Positions 10,293-21,618 of a stretch of 64,000 nt of DNA are shown here, piece by piece. Source of the stretch: an uncultured delta proteobacterium (lineage in GTDB: Bacteria > Myxococcota > Myxococcia > Myxococcales > Anaeromyxobacteraceae). The stretch is taken from positions 1 through 64,000 of the forward strand of contig CAWJSR010000031.1 of assembly GCA_963845515.1 (NCBI GenBank). Reading direction: 5' to 3'. Numbering within the stretch: position 1 is the first letter of the stretch; every line of letters starts with the position of its first letter. Made by a program: the position numbers and the translations under genes. The notes under the pieces are model-generated. The model was not told the DNA's origin and made no database searches. It saw only the letters and a list, made by a program, of their open reading frames with translations.

Positions 10293-12729
10293 GCGCCTGC
10301 ATTCCACGGGGGCGCGCAGGTCGCCGCCAAAACCAGCCCCGAGCCGGCCGCCGCAGCGCCGGTGTCGGCGTGCGCACACCGTTGATCGACGGCGTCGACA
10401 AGGTCACCGGCCGCGCGCGCTACACCGCCGACCTGCCGCTGCGGGCCGGCGCTGGTGGGGCGCATCCTGCGCAGCCCGGTGGCGCACGGCCTGATCCGCG
10501 GCATCGACACCACGGCGGCGCGCGCGCTGCCCGGCGTGCGCGCGGTGATCACCGGCGAGGACTTCGCCGCGCCCTACGGCGTGATCCCGATCGCGCAGAA
10601 CGAATGGCCGCTGGCGCGCGAGCGCGTGCGCTACCGCGGCGAGCCGCTGGTCGCGGTGGCGGCCATCGACGAGGCCACGGCCGAGGCCGCGCTGCGCGCC
10701 GATCACCCTCGACATCGAGCCGCTGCCCGCCTACTTCAGCGCCGACGAGGCCCGCACCGAGGGCGCCGTGCTGCTGCACGACGACAAGGCCGGCAACATC
10801 GAGCGCCAGGTCGAACAGGAGTTCGGCGACGTCGATGCGGGCTTCGCCGCCGCCGACCTGGTGCTCGAACGCCGCACCACCTATGCCGAGGTGGCACATG
10901 GCCAGATCGAGCTGAACGCCGCGGTCGCCAGCTACGAACCGGAAACCGGGCGCTTGACCACGCATTCGGTGACGCAGGTTCCCTACTACCTGCACCTGAC
11001 GCTGGCGCAGGTGCTGGGCATGGACGCCTCGCGCATCCGCGTGGTCAAGCCCTTCGTCGGCGGCGGCTTCGGCCACCGCGTCGAGCCGCTGAACTTCGAG
11101 ATGGTCACGGCCGCGCTGGCACGCGCCGCCGGCGGCACGGTCGCGATGCAGCAGACGCGCGAAGAAGCCTTCCTCACGCACCGCGGCCGGCCGGCCACCG
11201 ACATCCGCCTGAAGATCGGCCTGAAGCGCAGCGGCGAGATCACGGCCGTCGAGGCCGAAGTCGTGCAGCGCGGCGGCGCCTATGGCGGCTACGGGCTGGT
11301 GACGATCCTCTATGCCGGCGCGCTGCTGCACGCGTTGTATCGCGTCGGCGCTGTGCGCTACCAGGGCTTTCGCGTCTACACCAACCTGCCGCCGTGCGGC
11401 GCGATGCGCGGCCATGGTGCCGTCGATGTACGCCACGCCTTCGAGGCGCTGCTCGACGAGATGGCCGGCCAACTGGGCCTCGACCCGTTCGCCGTGCGCC
11501 GCGCCAACCTGATCGAAGCGCCCTACCGCACGCTGAACGACCTGCAGGTCAACTCCTACGGGTTGCCGGCCTGCCTGGACTGGGTCGAGCAGGCCTCGGG
11601 CTGGGCCTCGCGGCACGGCCATACGGCGCGCAGCGACGGCCTCAAGCGCGGGCTCGGCCTGGCCTGCTCGCATTACGTGTCGGGCTCGGCCAAACCGGTG
11701 CACTGGAGCGGCGAGCCGCACGCGGTCATCAATCTGAAGCTCGACTTCGACGGCGGCATCACCATTTTTACCGGCGCCTCCGACATCGGCCAGGGTTCGT
11801 CGACGCTGCTCACGCAGGTGGTGGCCGAGGTGCTGATGCTGCCGCTGGCGCGCATCCGCGTCGTCGCCACCGACAGCGCGCTCACGCCCAAGGACAACGG
11901 CTCCTATTCGTCGCGCGTGTCCTTCATGGTCGGCAACGCGGCACTGCGCGCGGCCGAAGAACTCAAGCGCGTGCTCGTCGCCGCCGCGGCGCACAAGCTC
12001 GAGGTCACTGCCGACGAGATCGACTGGGCCGGCGAGTGCTGCGCCGTGCTCGGCACCGACAAGACGCTGAACTTCGCCCAGGTGGTCGAGGCGGCGCTGG
12101 TGGACAGCGGCACGCTCACCGTCAAGGGCGTGTGGTCGACACCGAAGGAAACGCAGGGCGGCAAGTTCCGCGGCGCGGCCGTCGGCTCGACCGCCGGCTT
12201 CTCCTATGCGGCGCAGGTGGTCGAGGTCAGCGTCGACGAGGACACCGGCGTGGTCAAGGTCGAGAAGGTGTGGGTGGCGCACGACTGCGGTTTCGCCATC
12301 AACCCGCTGGCCGTCGAGGGCCAGGTGCAGGGCGCCGTGTGGATGGGCATGGGCCAGGCTCTGAGCGAGGAAACGCAGCACCACGAAGGCCTGCCGCTGC
12401 GGCCGAACTTTCTCGACTACCGCATCCCGACGATCGCCGAATCACCGCCGATCGAGGTCAAACTCGTCGAGAGCATGGACCCGCTCGGCCCCTTCGGCGC
12501 CAAGGAGGCGAGCGAAGGCGCATTGCACGGCTTCCCGCCCGCCTTGACGAACGCCATCTGCGACGCCATCGGCATCCGCCTGCAGGAGCTGCCGGCCACA
12601 CCCGACCGCGTGCTCGAAGCGATCCACACGCGCCGACGCGAGCAACGCCTGCTGGCGCGCCGCGCGACTGCGCCAGCCCGTCCGCCCGCCGGCGCGCCGG
12701 CATCGAGCGCCACCGTGGAGGCCAAGTAG
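10289..12729 (+). CDS. hcrA: 4-hydroxybenzoyl-CoA reductase alpha (molybdenum) subunit, frameshifts in the 5' part
   Basis: Xanthine-oxidase-family large subunit: [48 protein letters not shown]. Confidence 0.88.
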
Positions 12730-12731
12730 CC

Positions 12732-13721
12732 ATGGAACGAATGCCCGACTTCCGGCTGTCGCGCCCGGCGAGTTACGCCGAGGCTGCGGCCTTGCTGGCC
12801 GGCGATACCGGCGCGCGGCTGCTGGCCGGCGGCACCGACCTCGTGCCCAACCTGCGCCGCGGCCTCGAAGCGCCATCCCTGCTGGTTGACCTGGGCCGCG
12901 TGCAAGGCGCCGACGAACTCGAATTCGGTGCTTCGGAACTGCGCCTGGGCGCCGGCGTCACGCTCGCGCGGCTGGCGGCAGACCCGCGCATCGCCGGCGA
13001 CTACTGCGCGCTGGGTGAGGCATCGCGCGCCGCTGCCGGCCCCGGCCACCGCAGCGTCGCCACCCTCGGCGGCAACCTGTGCCTGGACACACGTTGCGTG
13101 TACTACAACCAGAGCGCCTGGTGGCGCCAGGCGAATGACTTCTGCCTGAAGCGCGGCGGCAGCATCTGCCATGTCGCACCGCAGGGGGCGCGCTGCCACG
13201 CCGCGTTCAGCGGCGACCTGGCGCCCGCGCTGATCGCACTCGGCGCCAACGCCGAATGGCTGTCGAGCCGCGGCACGCGCCGCGTGGCGCTGGCCGAGGG
13301 CTATCGCGACGACGGCGCGGCGCACCTGACAAATGAACGCGACGAGGTGCTGGTGCGTGTGTGCGTGCCGGCACCTACTTCTGGCAGCGTCAGCGGCTAC
13401 CGCAAGGCGCGGGTGCGCGGCGCGATGGATTTCCCGCTGGCCGGCGTGGCCATCGCGCTGCGCATGGCCGATGGTGTGCTGGCCGAATTGCGCGTCGCCC
13501 TCAGCGGCACCAACTCCCACCCGCTGTGGCTGCAAGGCACCGAAGCGCTGCTGGGCAAACCGGTCGACGATGCAGGCCTGGCGAGCTTGGGCAAGCTGGT
13601 GCAAAAGCAGGTCAGCCCCATGCGCACGACGGTGACGCAGTCCAACTACCGCCGCCTCGTTGCCGCAGTGCACGCGCAGCGCCTGCTGCGCGAACTGTCC
13701 GCGGCCCTGCCGCCGGGCTGA
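12732..13721 (+). CDS. hcrB: 4-hydroxybenzoyl-CoA reductase beta (FAD, [4Fe-4S]) subunit
   Basis: AGGTDL and ATLGGNLC motifs plus the HcrB-type Cys insertion RCVYYNQSAWWRQANDFCLKRGGSICHVAPQGARC. Confidence 0.92.
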   Translation: MERMPDFRLSRPASYAEAAALLAGDTGARLLAGGTDLVPNLRRGLEAPSLLVDLGRVQGADELEFGASELRLGAGVTLARLAADPRIAGDYCALGEASRAAAGPGHRSVATLGGNLCLDTRCVYYNQSAWWRQANDFCLKRGGSICHVAPQGARCHAAFSGDLAPALIALGANAEWLSSRGTRRVALAEGYRDDGAAHLTNERDEVLVRVCVPAPTSGSVSGYRKARVRGAMDFPLAGVAIALRMADGVLAELRVALSGTNSHPLWLQGTEALLGKPVDDAGLASLGKLVQKQVSPMRTTVTQSNYRRLVAAVHAQRLLRELSAALPPG

Positions 13722-13751
13722 GAGTCTGAGAGTCTGAGCCGGGAGCGCGCC

Positions 13752-15972
13752 ATGCAGTGCACACAGTGCCACCGCCCAATGGCCGAAGGCGGCGCCGCCG
13801 AAGCCTTGTGCTGCGCCGGTGCGATCGGGCTGTGGCACTGCGCGCAATGCGGCCAGACCAGCGAGGGCTTCGCTTTCGCCTACGGTCTGTGCCCGCATTG
13901 CAGCGGCCGGCTGCGCCGACTGGACACGCCACGCGCCGGCACGCCCGAATCGGCTGCAGTCGAAGGCCTGCGCCTGGCCTTCGAGATCGAACTCGGCGGC
14001 CGCGCTTTCTACCAGCGTGCCGCCGTCGACAGCACCGACCCGCAGATGCGCGCGCTCTTCGGTGGCTTCGCGCTGCTCGAAGGCGAGCACATGGAGACGC
14101 TCTCGCGGCGCTATCACATCGACGCACCCGCGCCCTCGGCGGCGCTGCGCGTGGAGGCCGCGGCGCTCTTCGCCGATGTCGAGCACCGTCCGCAGGACCC
14201 GGCCAACCTGTTCCGCATCGCCATCGGCCTGGAACAGCGTGCCGTGCGCTTCTTCGACGAGCGCGCGACGCTGGCCGACGCCGGCTCGGCCACGCAGCGC
14301 CTGTACCGTGAACTCGCGGTCGAGGAACGCGCCCATGCCGAGTTGCTGATCGACGAACTCGCCCAGTGGCGCGCGGGCCGGCGTGGGCGGCTCGGCACCG
14401 ATCCCCACGTCGCGCCACCGCGGCCCGCCAGCGCCGTGGCACGGACGATGAACGCGGCGGCCCTGCTGCTCGACGGCCAGGATGCACAGCGCACGGCGCT
14501 GGTGTGCACCAGCGGCGAGAGCCTGGACTACGGCGCGCTGCGCGAGCGCGTGGCGCGCAGCGCGGCGCTGTGGCGCGAGCGCGGGGTCGGCCCGGGCCAT
14601 CGCGTGGCGATCAAGCTGTGCGACGGAGTCGACTGGGTGATCGCCTTCCTCGGCACGATCTGGTGCGGCGCGATCGCGGTCGGCGTCAACCCGCGCGTGC
14701 CGGCGGCCGACTGGCAATACATCCTCGACGAAGCCGGCTTCAGCGTGATCCTGGCCGAGGCGCTCGACGACACGCCGTCGCCCTGGCGCGAACGCGTCAT
14801 GCTGCAGGGCGATTGGCGCCAAGCGCTGCGAGCAATCTGCGCCGCTCGCGGCACAGCCTATGGACGAAGACGCGCCGGCCTTCTGGTGCCACTCTTCGGG
14901 CACCTCGGGCAAACCCAAGGCGGTGGTGCACGCGCACCGCTTTGCGCGGCAGATCGAACAGGTCTCGCGCGAGGGCCTGGGCATCGTGGCCGGCGACCGC
15001 CTGTTCGCCAGCTCCAAATTGTTTTTCTCGTACCCGCAGACGAACAGCCTGTTTGCCGGTTTGAAGCTGGGCGCCACCGTCATCCTCGACCCGCAGTGGC
15101 CGACCGCCGCCAGCGTCGCCGCCACGGTGGCGGCGCAGCGCCCAAGCGTGCTGCTGAGCGTGCCCTCGCTGTACCGCAATCTGCTGCACGAGGGCCACGC
15201 GCCGGGCATCGCCACCGCCGGCGTGCGCCTGTGCGTGTCCGCCGGCGAGGCGCTGCCGGCCAGCCTGCGCGACGCTTGGCGCCAGCAGACGCGGCTGGGC
15301 ATCGTCAACGGCTACGGCGCCTCGGAAACGCTGGTGCTGGTGATGATCGACCGCGGCGACGGGGCCGGCTTCGTGCCCTCGCCCGGGGTCGACATCCGGC
15401 CTCTGTCCGAGATGACACCCGGCATGCCCACACGGCTGCTGATCCGCGCTCCGACGCTGGCCCTGGGCTACCTCGATCGGCCGCAGGCGCAGGCCGAGAA
15501 CTTCCGCGATGGCGCGTTCTGCCCGGCCGACCTGTTCGTGCGTGATGACCCAGTCAACGCCGGGCCGCCCCAAGTTGACTTGACCCCCTCGGGGGGCGGC
15601 GGCCGCGCAGCGGCTGCCTCGGGACCCCATGACAGGGGCTGGCGCTTTGCCGGCCGCGAGGACTCGCTGGTCAAGATCCATGGCCGCTGGGTCAACCTGG
15701 TCGAACTCGAGGAACGCCTGTCCTTGCGCGCTCCCGGCATCGCCGAGGCCGCGGCCGTGTGTGTGCCCGACGACGATGGCGTGGACGCGGTCGCCTTCTT
15801 CTTCGTCGCCGGCGACAGCGCCGCGGTCGAGGCCGCGTTGCGCGCCGAGTCCGAGACCCTGCCGGCCCACCAAAGGCCGCGCTGGCTGTACGCGGTGGAC
15901 GCCCTGCCCCGCACGCCGACCGGCAAGTTGCTGCGGCGCAAGCTGCAGGAACTGCACCTGACGCTGGACTGA
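13752..15972 (+). CDS. Zn-ribbon + rubrerythrin-like domain read in frame into an aromatic-acid CoA ligase (frameshift near 14840)
   Basis: CxxC/CC/CxxC/CxxC, then E..ExxH..E..ExxH di-iron pattern, then an ANL ligase from MNAAALLL (14448) with SSGTSGKPK, SAGEALP, NGYGASE, GREDSLVKIHG and LPRTPTGK. Confidence 0.75.
15550..15635. repeat. Palindromic repeat element inserted in frame in the CoA ligase
   Basis: AGTCAAC..GCCGGGCCGCCCCAA..GTTGACT plus a CCCCCTCGGGGGG hairpin; adds about 28 low-complexity residues between DLFVRDD and GWRFAGR. Confidence 0.65.
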
Positions 15973-15976
15973 GCCC

Positions 15977-16747
15977 ATGGCCGCGATCGTCTCGAGCGCA
16001 CAGGTCGGCCGCGTGCTGGTGGCCACGCTGTCGCGCCCGCCGGTGAATGCGCTCGACGACAAGCTCATCGCCGCGCTCGACGCGGTGGTCGACCGCGCGA
16101 TCGAGGACGACAGCATCGCCGTGCTGCACCTGCGCAGCGACCAGCGCGCCTTCAGCGCGGGCGCCGATCTGGCGCTGATCGAAGCCTGCTTCGCCACGCC
16201 GCAGGGTCCGGACGCGATGACCGATGTGGTGCGCGAAATGCAACGCCTGTACTGGCGCCTGGAGTCGGCCCCGCTGGTCACGCTGGCCGAGATCGACACG
16301 CTCGCGCTCGGCGGCGGGCTGGAACTGGCGCTGGCCTGCGACCTGCGCGTGGCGGCGCAGGAGGCCCGTCTGGGCTTGCCCGAAGCGCGCCTGGGCCTGC
16401 TGCCCGGTGCCGGGGGCACCCAGCGCCTGACGCGGCTGTGCGGCCCGGGCCTGGCCAAGCGGCTGATCCTCGGCGCCGAACTCATCGACGGCGCGACGGC
16501 CGAGCGCCTTGGGCTGGTGCAATGGGCCGTGCCCCGCGCGGCCCTGGCTGATTTCGCGCGTGACATCGCCAACCGCTATGCCGCCATGCCGAAGGCCGCG
16601 CTGGCCGCGAACAAGCGCTGCATCGCCGCCGCTACCGATCCCGCGCGCGACGGCTATGCCGACGAGATTGCCGAAACGCGCACGCTCTACGACCACCCCG
16701 ACACGCGCCTCAAGGTGTCGGACTTCCTGGCCAAACGGGCCCATTGA
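15977..16747 (+). CDS. Enoyl-CoA hydratase/isomerase
   Basis: FSAGADL, ALGGGLELALACD and LPEARLGLLPGAGGTQRL motifs. Confidence 0.92.
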   Translation: MAAIVSSAQVGRVLVATLSRPPVNALDDKLIAALDAVVDRAIEDDSIAVLHLRSDQRAFSAGADLALIEACFATPQGPDAMTDVVREMQRLYWRLESAPLVTLAEIDTLALGGGLELALACDLRVAAQEARLGLPEARLGLLPGAGGTQRLTRLCGPGLAKRLILGAELIDGATAERLGLVQWAVPRAALADFARDIANRYAAMPKAALAANKRCIAAATDPARDGYADEIAETRTLYDHPDTRLKVSDFLAKRAH

Positions 16748-16773
16748 CTGACATCCACCTCGACAGGAACGCC

Positions 16774-17522
16774 ATGAACTTCAACCAGCAAGTCGCCATC
16801 GTCACCGGCGCCGGCTCCGGCATCGGCCGCGCCACGGCCCAGGCCCTGGCCAAAGCCGGTGCCCATGTGATCGTTGCCGACATCGACGCCGCCACCGGCG
16901 AAGCCAGCGCCGCCGCCATCCGCGAGCAGGGGCACCAGGCCACCTTCATGCGCGTGGACATGACCGACGCGGCCTCGGTCGCCGACTTCGCGGCCACCGC
17001 GCAGGCCGCATGCGGGCCGATCGACGTGCTCATCAACGCCGCCGGCTGGGGCCGCACGGCGCCCTTCGTCGAGGGCACGCCCGAGTTCTGGGACAAGCTC
17101 GTCGCGCTGAACTTCGTCGGCCCGATGCAGCTGGCCAAGGCGCTGCTGCCGGCGCATGATGGAGCGCGCCAGCGGCAAGATCGTCAACGTCGCCAGCGAC
17201 GCCGGGCGCGTCGGCAGCCTGGGCGAGACGGTGTACGCCGGCGCCAAGGGCGGGCTGATCGCCTTCACCAAGTCGCTGGCGCGCGAGACGGCGCGCTACC
17301 AGATCAACGTCAACTGCGTCTGCCCCGGCCCGACCGACACGCCGCTGATGGCCGCCGTGCCCGACAAGGTGAAGGACGCGCTGATCAAGGCCATCCCCTT
17401 CCGCCGCCTGGGCAAGCCCGAGGAGGTGGCCGACGCGGTGCTGTTCTTCGCCAGCGCCCGGCGCCGCCTACATCACCGGCCAGGTGCTCAGCGTCAGCGG
17501 CGGGCTGACGATGGCCGGCTGA
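16774..17522 (+). CDS. badH: SDR, 2-hydroxycyclohexanecarboxyl-CoA dehydrogenase-like (frameshifts near 17155 and 17460)
   Basis: TGAGSGIG, ASDAGRVGSLGETVYAGAKGG and VCPGPTDT, typical of BadH-type SDRs. Confidence 0.75.
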
Positions 17523-17538
17523 ACCGGCGCGGCGCACC

Positions 17539-18036
17539 ATGAACTACACGCTGCCCGAATTCCTGGCCCACGCCATCGCGCTCGAACACGAGGCGGCGGA
17601 GCGCTACCTCGAACTGGCCGACATGATGGAGGCGCACCGCAACGACGCGGTGTCGGCGCTGTTCCGCGACATGGTGCGCTTCTCGCGCCTGCACCACGAC
17701 TCGATCGTCGAGCGCGCCCGCGGCGTCGCGCTGCCCACGCTGCGCTCGTGGCAGTACCGCTGGACGCAGCCGCCCGAAGCCGGCGGCGAGGAGGCCTTCG
17801 ACGCCACGCTCGACGCCTACAGCGCGCTGCGCTACGCGCGCGAGAACGAGGTGCGCGCGCTCGACTACTACACCTCGGTCGGCCAGCACTCGAGCGACCC
17901 CGAGGTCAAGCGCCTGGCCGCTGAGTTCGCGGCCGAGGAGACCGAGCACGTCGAAGCGCTGGACGACTGGCTGGCACGCACGCCGCGGCCCTCGGCCACC
18001 TTCGACGCCGACCCCGAACGGCCGGGCTCGCGTTAG
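17539..18036 (+). CDS. Ferritin-like/rubrerythrin-family protein
   Basis: AIALEHEAAERY, ENEVRALDYY and AEETEH four-helix di-iron pattern. Confidence 0.85.
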   Translation: MNYTLPEFLAHAIALEHEAAERYLELADMMEAHRNDAVSALFRDMVRFSRLHHDSIVERARGVALPTLRSWQYRWTQPPEAGGEEAFDATLDAYSALRYARENEVRALDYYTSVGQHSSDPEVKRLAAEFAAEETEHVEALDDWLARTPRPSATFDADPERPGSR

Positions 18037-18057
18037 GCGCTGCAGGCCATGCACACG

Positions 18058-18478
18058 TCACTCGCACAGGCGGCGGATGTCCTCGGGCACGGGGATGGCA
18101 TGGATGCGGCGCCGGTCCTGCGCGTCGCGCACGCAGAAGATGCGCGTCTCGATGCTCTCGCAGATGAGCTCGTCGCCGCGCGTCACGGTGTGCTTCTGCA
18201 GGAAGACCTTGGCGCGCCACTCCTGCGACCTGCGTGTGGATCGTCAGGCGCTCGCCGTAGGTGGCGCTCTTGACGAAGCGCGCGTGGTGCTCGAGCAGCG
18301 GCGTGCCGATGATGCCGGTGCTGTGCTCCAGCACATGCCAGGGCGGCACGCCGCAGCTCATGAAGAAGTGCAGCGACGACGCGTCCATCCAGCGGTGGTA
18401 GCGCGGGAAGAAGACGATGCCCGCCGGGTCGCAATCGCCGAAGCGGATCTCGACGTTCATCGTGGTGGTCTTGCTCAT
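18058..18478 (-). CDS. 4-hydroxybenzoyl-CoA thioesterase-family (hotdog) protein, frameshift near 18225
   Basis: FGDCDPAGIVFFPRY motif; C-terminal AIPVPEDIRRLCE. Confidence 0.85.
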
Positions 18479-18575
18479 GGCGCGTCCCGGCAGTTGGCTC
18501 GGCGGAATTCTATGGGTGCGCGCGGCACGTCGCCACGGCGCTCACCCATCAACCCACAACCCAGGAGATCAACCG

Positions 18576-19396
18576 ATGAAACGCATCCAGCTCGCCGGCT
18601 ACCAGGCGCACCCACTTCGGCTATTCGGCGTCGGGCAAGGTCGCCACCATCCGCCTGAACCGCCCCGATCGCAAGAACCCGCTGACCTTCGATTCCTACG
18701 GCGAGCTGCGCGACCTGTTCCGCGAGATGGTCTACGCCACCGACATCAAGGCCATCGTCTTCACCGGCGAGGGCGGCAACTTCTGCTCGGGCGGCGACGT
18801 GCACGAGATCATCGGCCCGCTGGTCGAAGATGGACATGCCCGAGCTGCTGGAGTTCACGCGCATGACCGGCGACATGGTCAAGGCGATGCGCGCCTGCCC
18901 GCAGCCGATCATCGCCGCGATCGACGGCGTGTGCACCGGCGCCGGCGCGATGATCGCCTGCGGCTCCGACATGCGCCTGGCCACGGCGCGCAGCAAGCTC
19001 GCCTTCCTGTTCGTGCGCGTCGGCCTGGCCGGCGCCGACATGGGCGCGTGCACGCTGCTGCCGCGGCTGATCGGCCTGTCGCGCGCGGCCGACCTGCTCT
19101 ACACCGGGCGCGTCGTCGGCGGCGAGGAGGCCGAGCGCTTCGGCTTCTACAACCGCCTGGTCGAGCCCGAGCAGCTGCTGGCCGAAGCCGCCGCGCTGGC
19201 GCAAAGCCTGGCCGACGGCCCGACCTTCGGCCACGCGATGACCAAGACCATGCTGTGGCAGGAGTGGAGCTCGGGCCTGGGCGAATGCATCGAGGCCGAG
19301 GCGCAGGCGCAGGCGATCTGCATGCAGACGAACGACTTCGAGCGCGCCTACCACGCCTTCGCCGCCAAGCAGAAGCCGGTGTTCGAGGGCAATTGA
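18576..19396 (+). CDS. Enoyl-CoA hydratase-family protein (frameshifts near 18610 and 18830)
   Basis: [27 protein letters not shown] and [14 protein letters not shown] motifs; AGGAG RBS. Confidence 0.88.
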
Positions 19397-19722
19397 TGGC
19401 CGGCGGCGCCGGCGATGCGCCGCGGCCGCCACCCGGCGGCGCAGCGGCCGCGGGCAGCGCGCCGGCTGCGCGGCAGCCGCGACGCTGGCGCGACGCGCAG
19501 GGCGAACACATCGACGTGCGCGGCCTGCCGCCGCCGCAGCCGCTGGTGGCGATCCTGCGGCTGATCCACGAGTGCGCTGAGCACGGCGACGCGGCCGTCA
19601 TCGCGCACCTCGAACGCGACCCGCGGGCGCTGTATCCGGAACTGGCCGAGATCGGCTGGAGCGCCGAGCCGCTGGCGTCCGACACGGGCGGAGTCGTGCT
19701 GCGGCTCGAGCGCGCAACTTGA
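19396..19722 (+). CDS. DUF2249/SirA-like small protein
   Basis: [17 protein letters not shown]...[11 protein letters not shown]; start overlaps the upstream stop. Confidence 0.75.
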   Translation: MAGGAGDAPRPPPGGAAAAGSAPAARQPRRWRDAQGEHIDVRGLPPPQPLVAILRLIHECAEHGDAAVIAHLERDPRALYPELAEIGWSAEPLASDTGGVVLRLERAT

Positions 19723-21085
19723 AGCGCGGCGGCAGCTTCCTGGCCGGGGCGACGGGTCGGCTGCTGCCGATGTCGGTGCCCTTCCGCTACTTCGGCGCGG
19801 CCGTCGTCTTCCACCTGCTGGCCTGGCTGGCGTTGCTGGCCGGCGCGCCGCGCCTGCCGCGGTTCCTGGGCGGGCTCGACTGGCCGCTGGCCGCGCTGCA
19901 TCTGGTCACGCTGGGCGTGCTGGTCATGACCGCGCTCGGCGCCAGCCTGCAACTGCTGCCGGTGGCGACACGGCAGCCGGTGCGCGCCACACGCGCGCCG
20001 GCCGCGATCTGGGCCCTGTACACGCCCGGCGTGGCCGCCGTGGCGCTGGGCATGGGCCTGGGGCAGCCTTGGCTGCTGGGCGCCGGCGCCGTGGCCGTGG
20101 CGCTGGCGCTGCTCGGCTGGGCTGCGCTGCTGGCCGTGAATCTGCGCGACGCCCGCGGCATGCCCGGGGTCGTGGCGCACGGCTGGGCGGCGCTCGGCGC
20201 CCTGCTGGTGATGCTGCTGTCGGCGCTGGCACTGGCCGCGCTCTATCTGGGCCTGCCGTTGCTCGACCGAGCGACGGCACTGGCCCTGCACGTGGTCTTC
20301 GCGGCCTACGGCTTCATGGGCCTGCTGGCGCTGGGCTTTTCCTACATCCTGGTGCCGATGTTCGCGCCTCAGCGCCACGCCCGACGAGCGCCTGGCCATC
20401 GCCTCCTGCGCGCTGGCCGTGGCCGCGCTGGGCGCTGGCCGCGCTGGCCGCGTTCGGCATCGCACCGCTGCCGCTGCGCCTGGCGGCGCTGGCCCTGGGC
20501 GCCAGCGCCGTGGCCCTGCATCTGCGTGTCATGCTGGCGGCGCTGCGCACCGGTCTGCGGCGCGAGCTCGGCCGCTCCTTCACGCTGGTGCGCATCGGCT
20601 GGGCCTGCCTCGCGGCGAGCCTGCTGCTGGCCGGCGCGGTGGCGCTCGAGCTGCCGATGCCCGGCCTGCCCACGCTGTGGACGCTGGTGCTCATCGGCGG
20701 CTGGCTGCTGACGTTCGTGCTCGGCATGCTGCAGCGAATCGTACCCTTTCTGGCCTCGATGTATGCCGCGGGCCGCGGCCGGCGCGCGCCCACGCCCTCG
20801 TCGCTGAGTTCGCAGCGACCGCTGGCGCTGCATTTCGCCGCGCACCTCGCGGCGCTGGCCGGCCTGGCGCTGGCGGTGCTGGCCGACAGCCCCGCGCTGG
20901 CGGCGCTGGCGGCCGCCGTGGGAGCGCTCGGCGCAGGCGCCTTCGTCGTGTTCTTCGTCGGTCTGCTGCGGCGGCTGCGCGCACCACGCCAGGGCCGAGT
21001 CCGCGGCGAAACCGCCCGCCTCTTGATGTGCATTAAGGTCGCGCACCGACATTCTGCTTATTCTGGTATTGCGTTACCACTTTAG
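19719..21085 (+). CDS. Polytopic membrane protein (frameshifts near 20370-20430)
   Basis: Many hydrophobic helices; HLVTLG, QLLPV, YILVPMF and RIVPFL repeats of the membrane family usually found next to DUF2249. Confidence 0.7.
21023..21064 (+). promoter_or_regulatory. FNR-type class II promoter of the hemerythrin-GNAT genes
   Basis: TTGAT-GTGC-ATTAA (21023-21036) with TATTCT at 21059-21064; same spacing as the hcrC promoter. Confidence 0.7.
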
Positions 21086-21097
21086 AATTGTTCAGCC

Positions 21098-21589
21098 GTG
21101 AACTACCTGCGCCAGGTCAGCCAGACGCTCGACACCGAGCACCGCAATGCACTCGATGTGCTCGGCCGGCTCGAGCAGGCCATCGCGCGGCGCTCGCGCA
21201 GCGCCGCGCCGGACGCGCCGTTCGCCGCACTCGCCACGGCCTTCGCACGGCTGCTCGAGCACGACATCGGCGCGCATTTCGACTTCGAGGAGCGCGAGCT
21301 GTTCACGCGCATGCGCGATGCCGGCGACGGCGACATCGCCGGCCTGCTGCAAGAGGAACACGAAGCCATCCGCGAGGCGGCGGCCGAAGTCCTGCCGCTG
21401 GCACGCGCAGCCGCCGCGGGCAACCTGCCGGAGGGCGACTTCGACGCCTTCAAGCGCGGCGTGCTGGAGATCGTCGAGCGCCAGGTCTCGCACATCCAGA
21501 AGGAAACGATGGCACTGCTGCCGCTGATCGAGGACCTGCTCGACGACGACACCGACCGTGAGCTGAGCATGAGCTACGCGTCGACCTGA
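21098..21589 (+). CDS. Hemerythrin-domain protein
   Basis: EH, HFDFEERELF, EEHEAI and HIQKE HHE motifs. Confidence 0.85.
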   Translation: MNYLRQVSQTLDTEHRNALDVLGRLEQAIARRSRSAAPDAPFAALATAFARLLEHDIGAHFDFEERELFTRMRDAGDGDIAGLLQEEHEAIREAAAEVLPLARAAAAGNLPEGDFDAFKRGVLEIVERQVSHIQKETMALLPLIEDLLDDDTDRELSMSYAST

Positions 21590-21618
21590 GGCCCAGGCCT
21601 CGAAAGGATCTGAACCCC

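Noticed and set aside
13718..13738. 8-bp tandem repeat CTGAGAGT (about 2.5 copies) after hcrB
   Set aside because: Too short to assign a function; may be slippage.
12417..15308. Long antisense or alternative-frame ORFs (e.g. 963 aa here; also 10549..12384, 5307..7130, 38996..40963)
   Set aside because: Shadow ORFs expected in high-GC DNA; they have no motifs and overlap well-supported genes.
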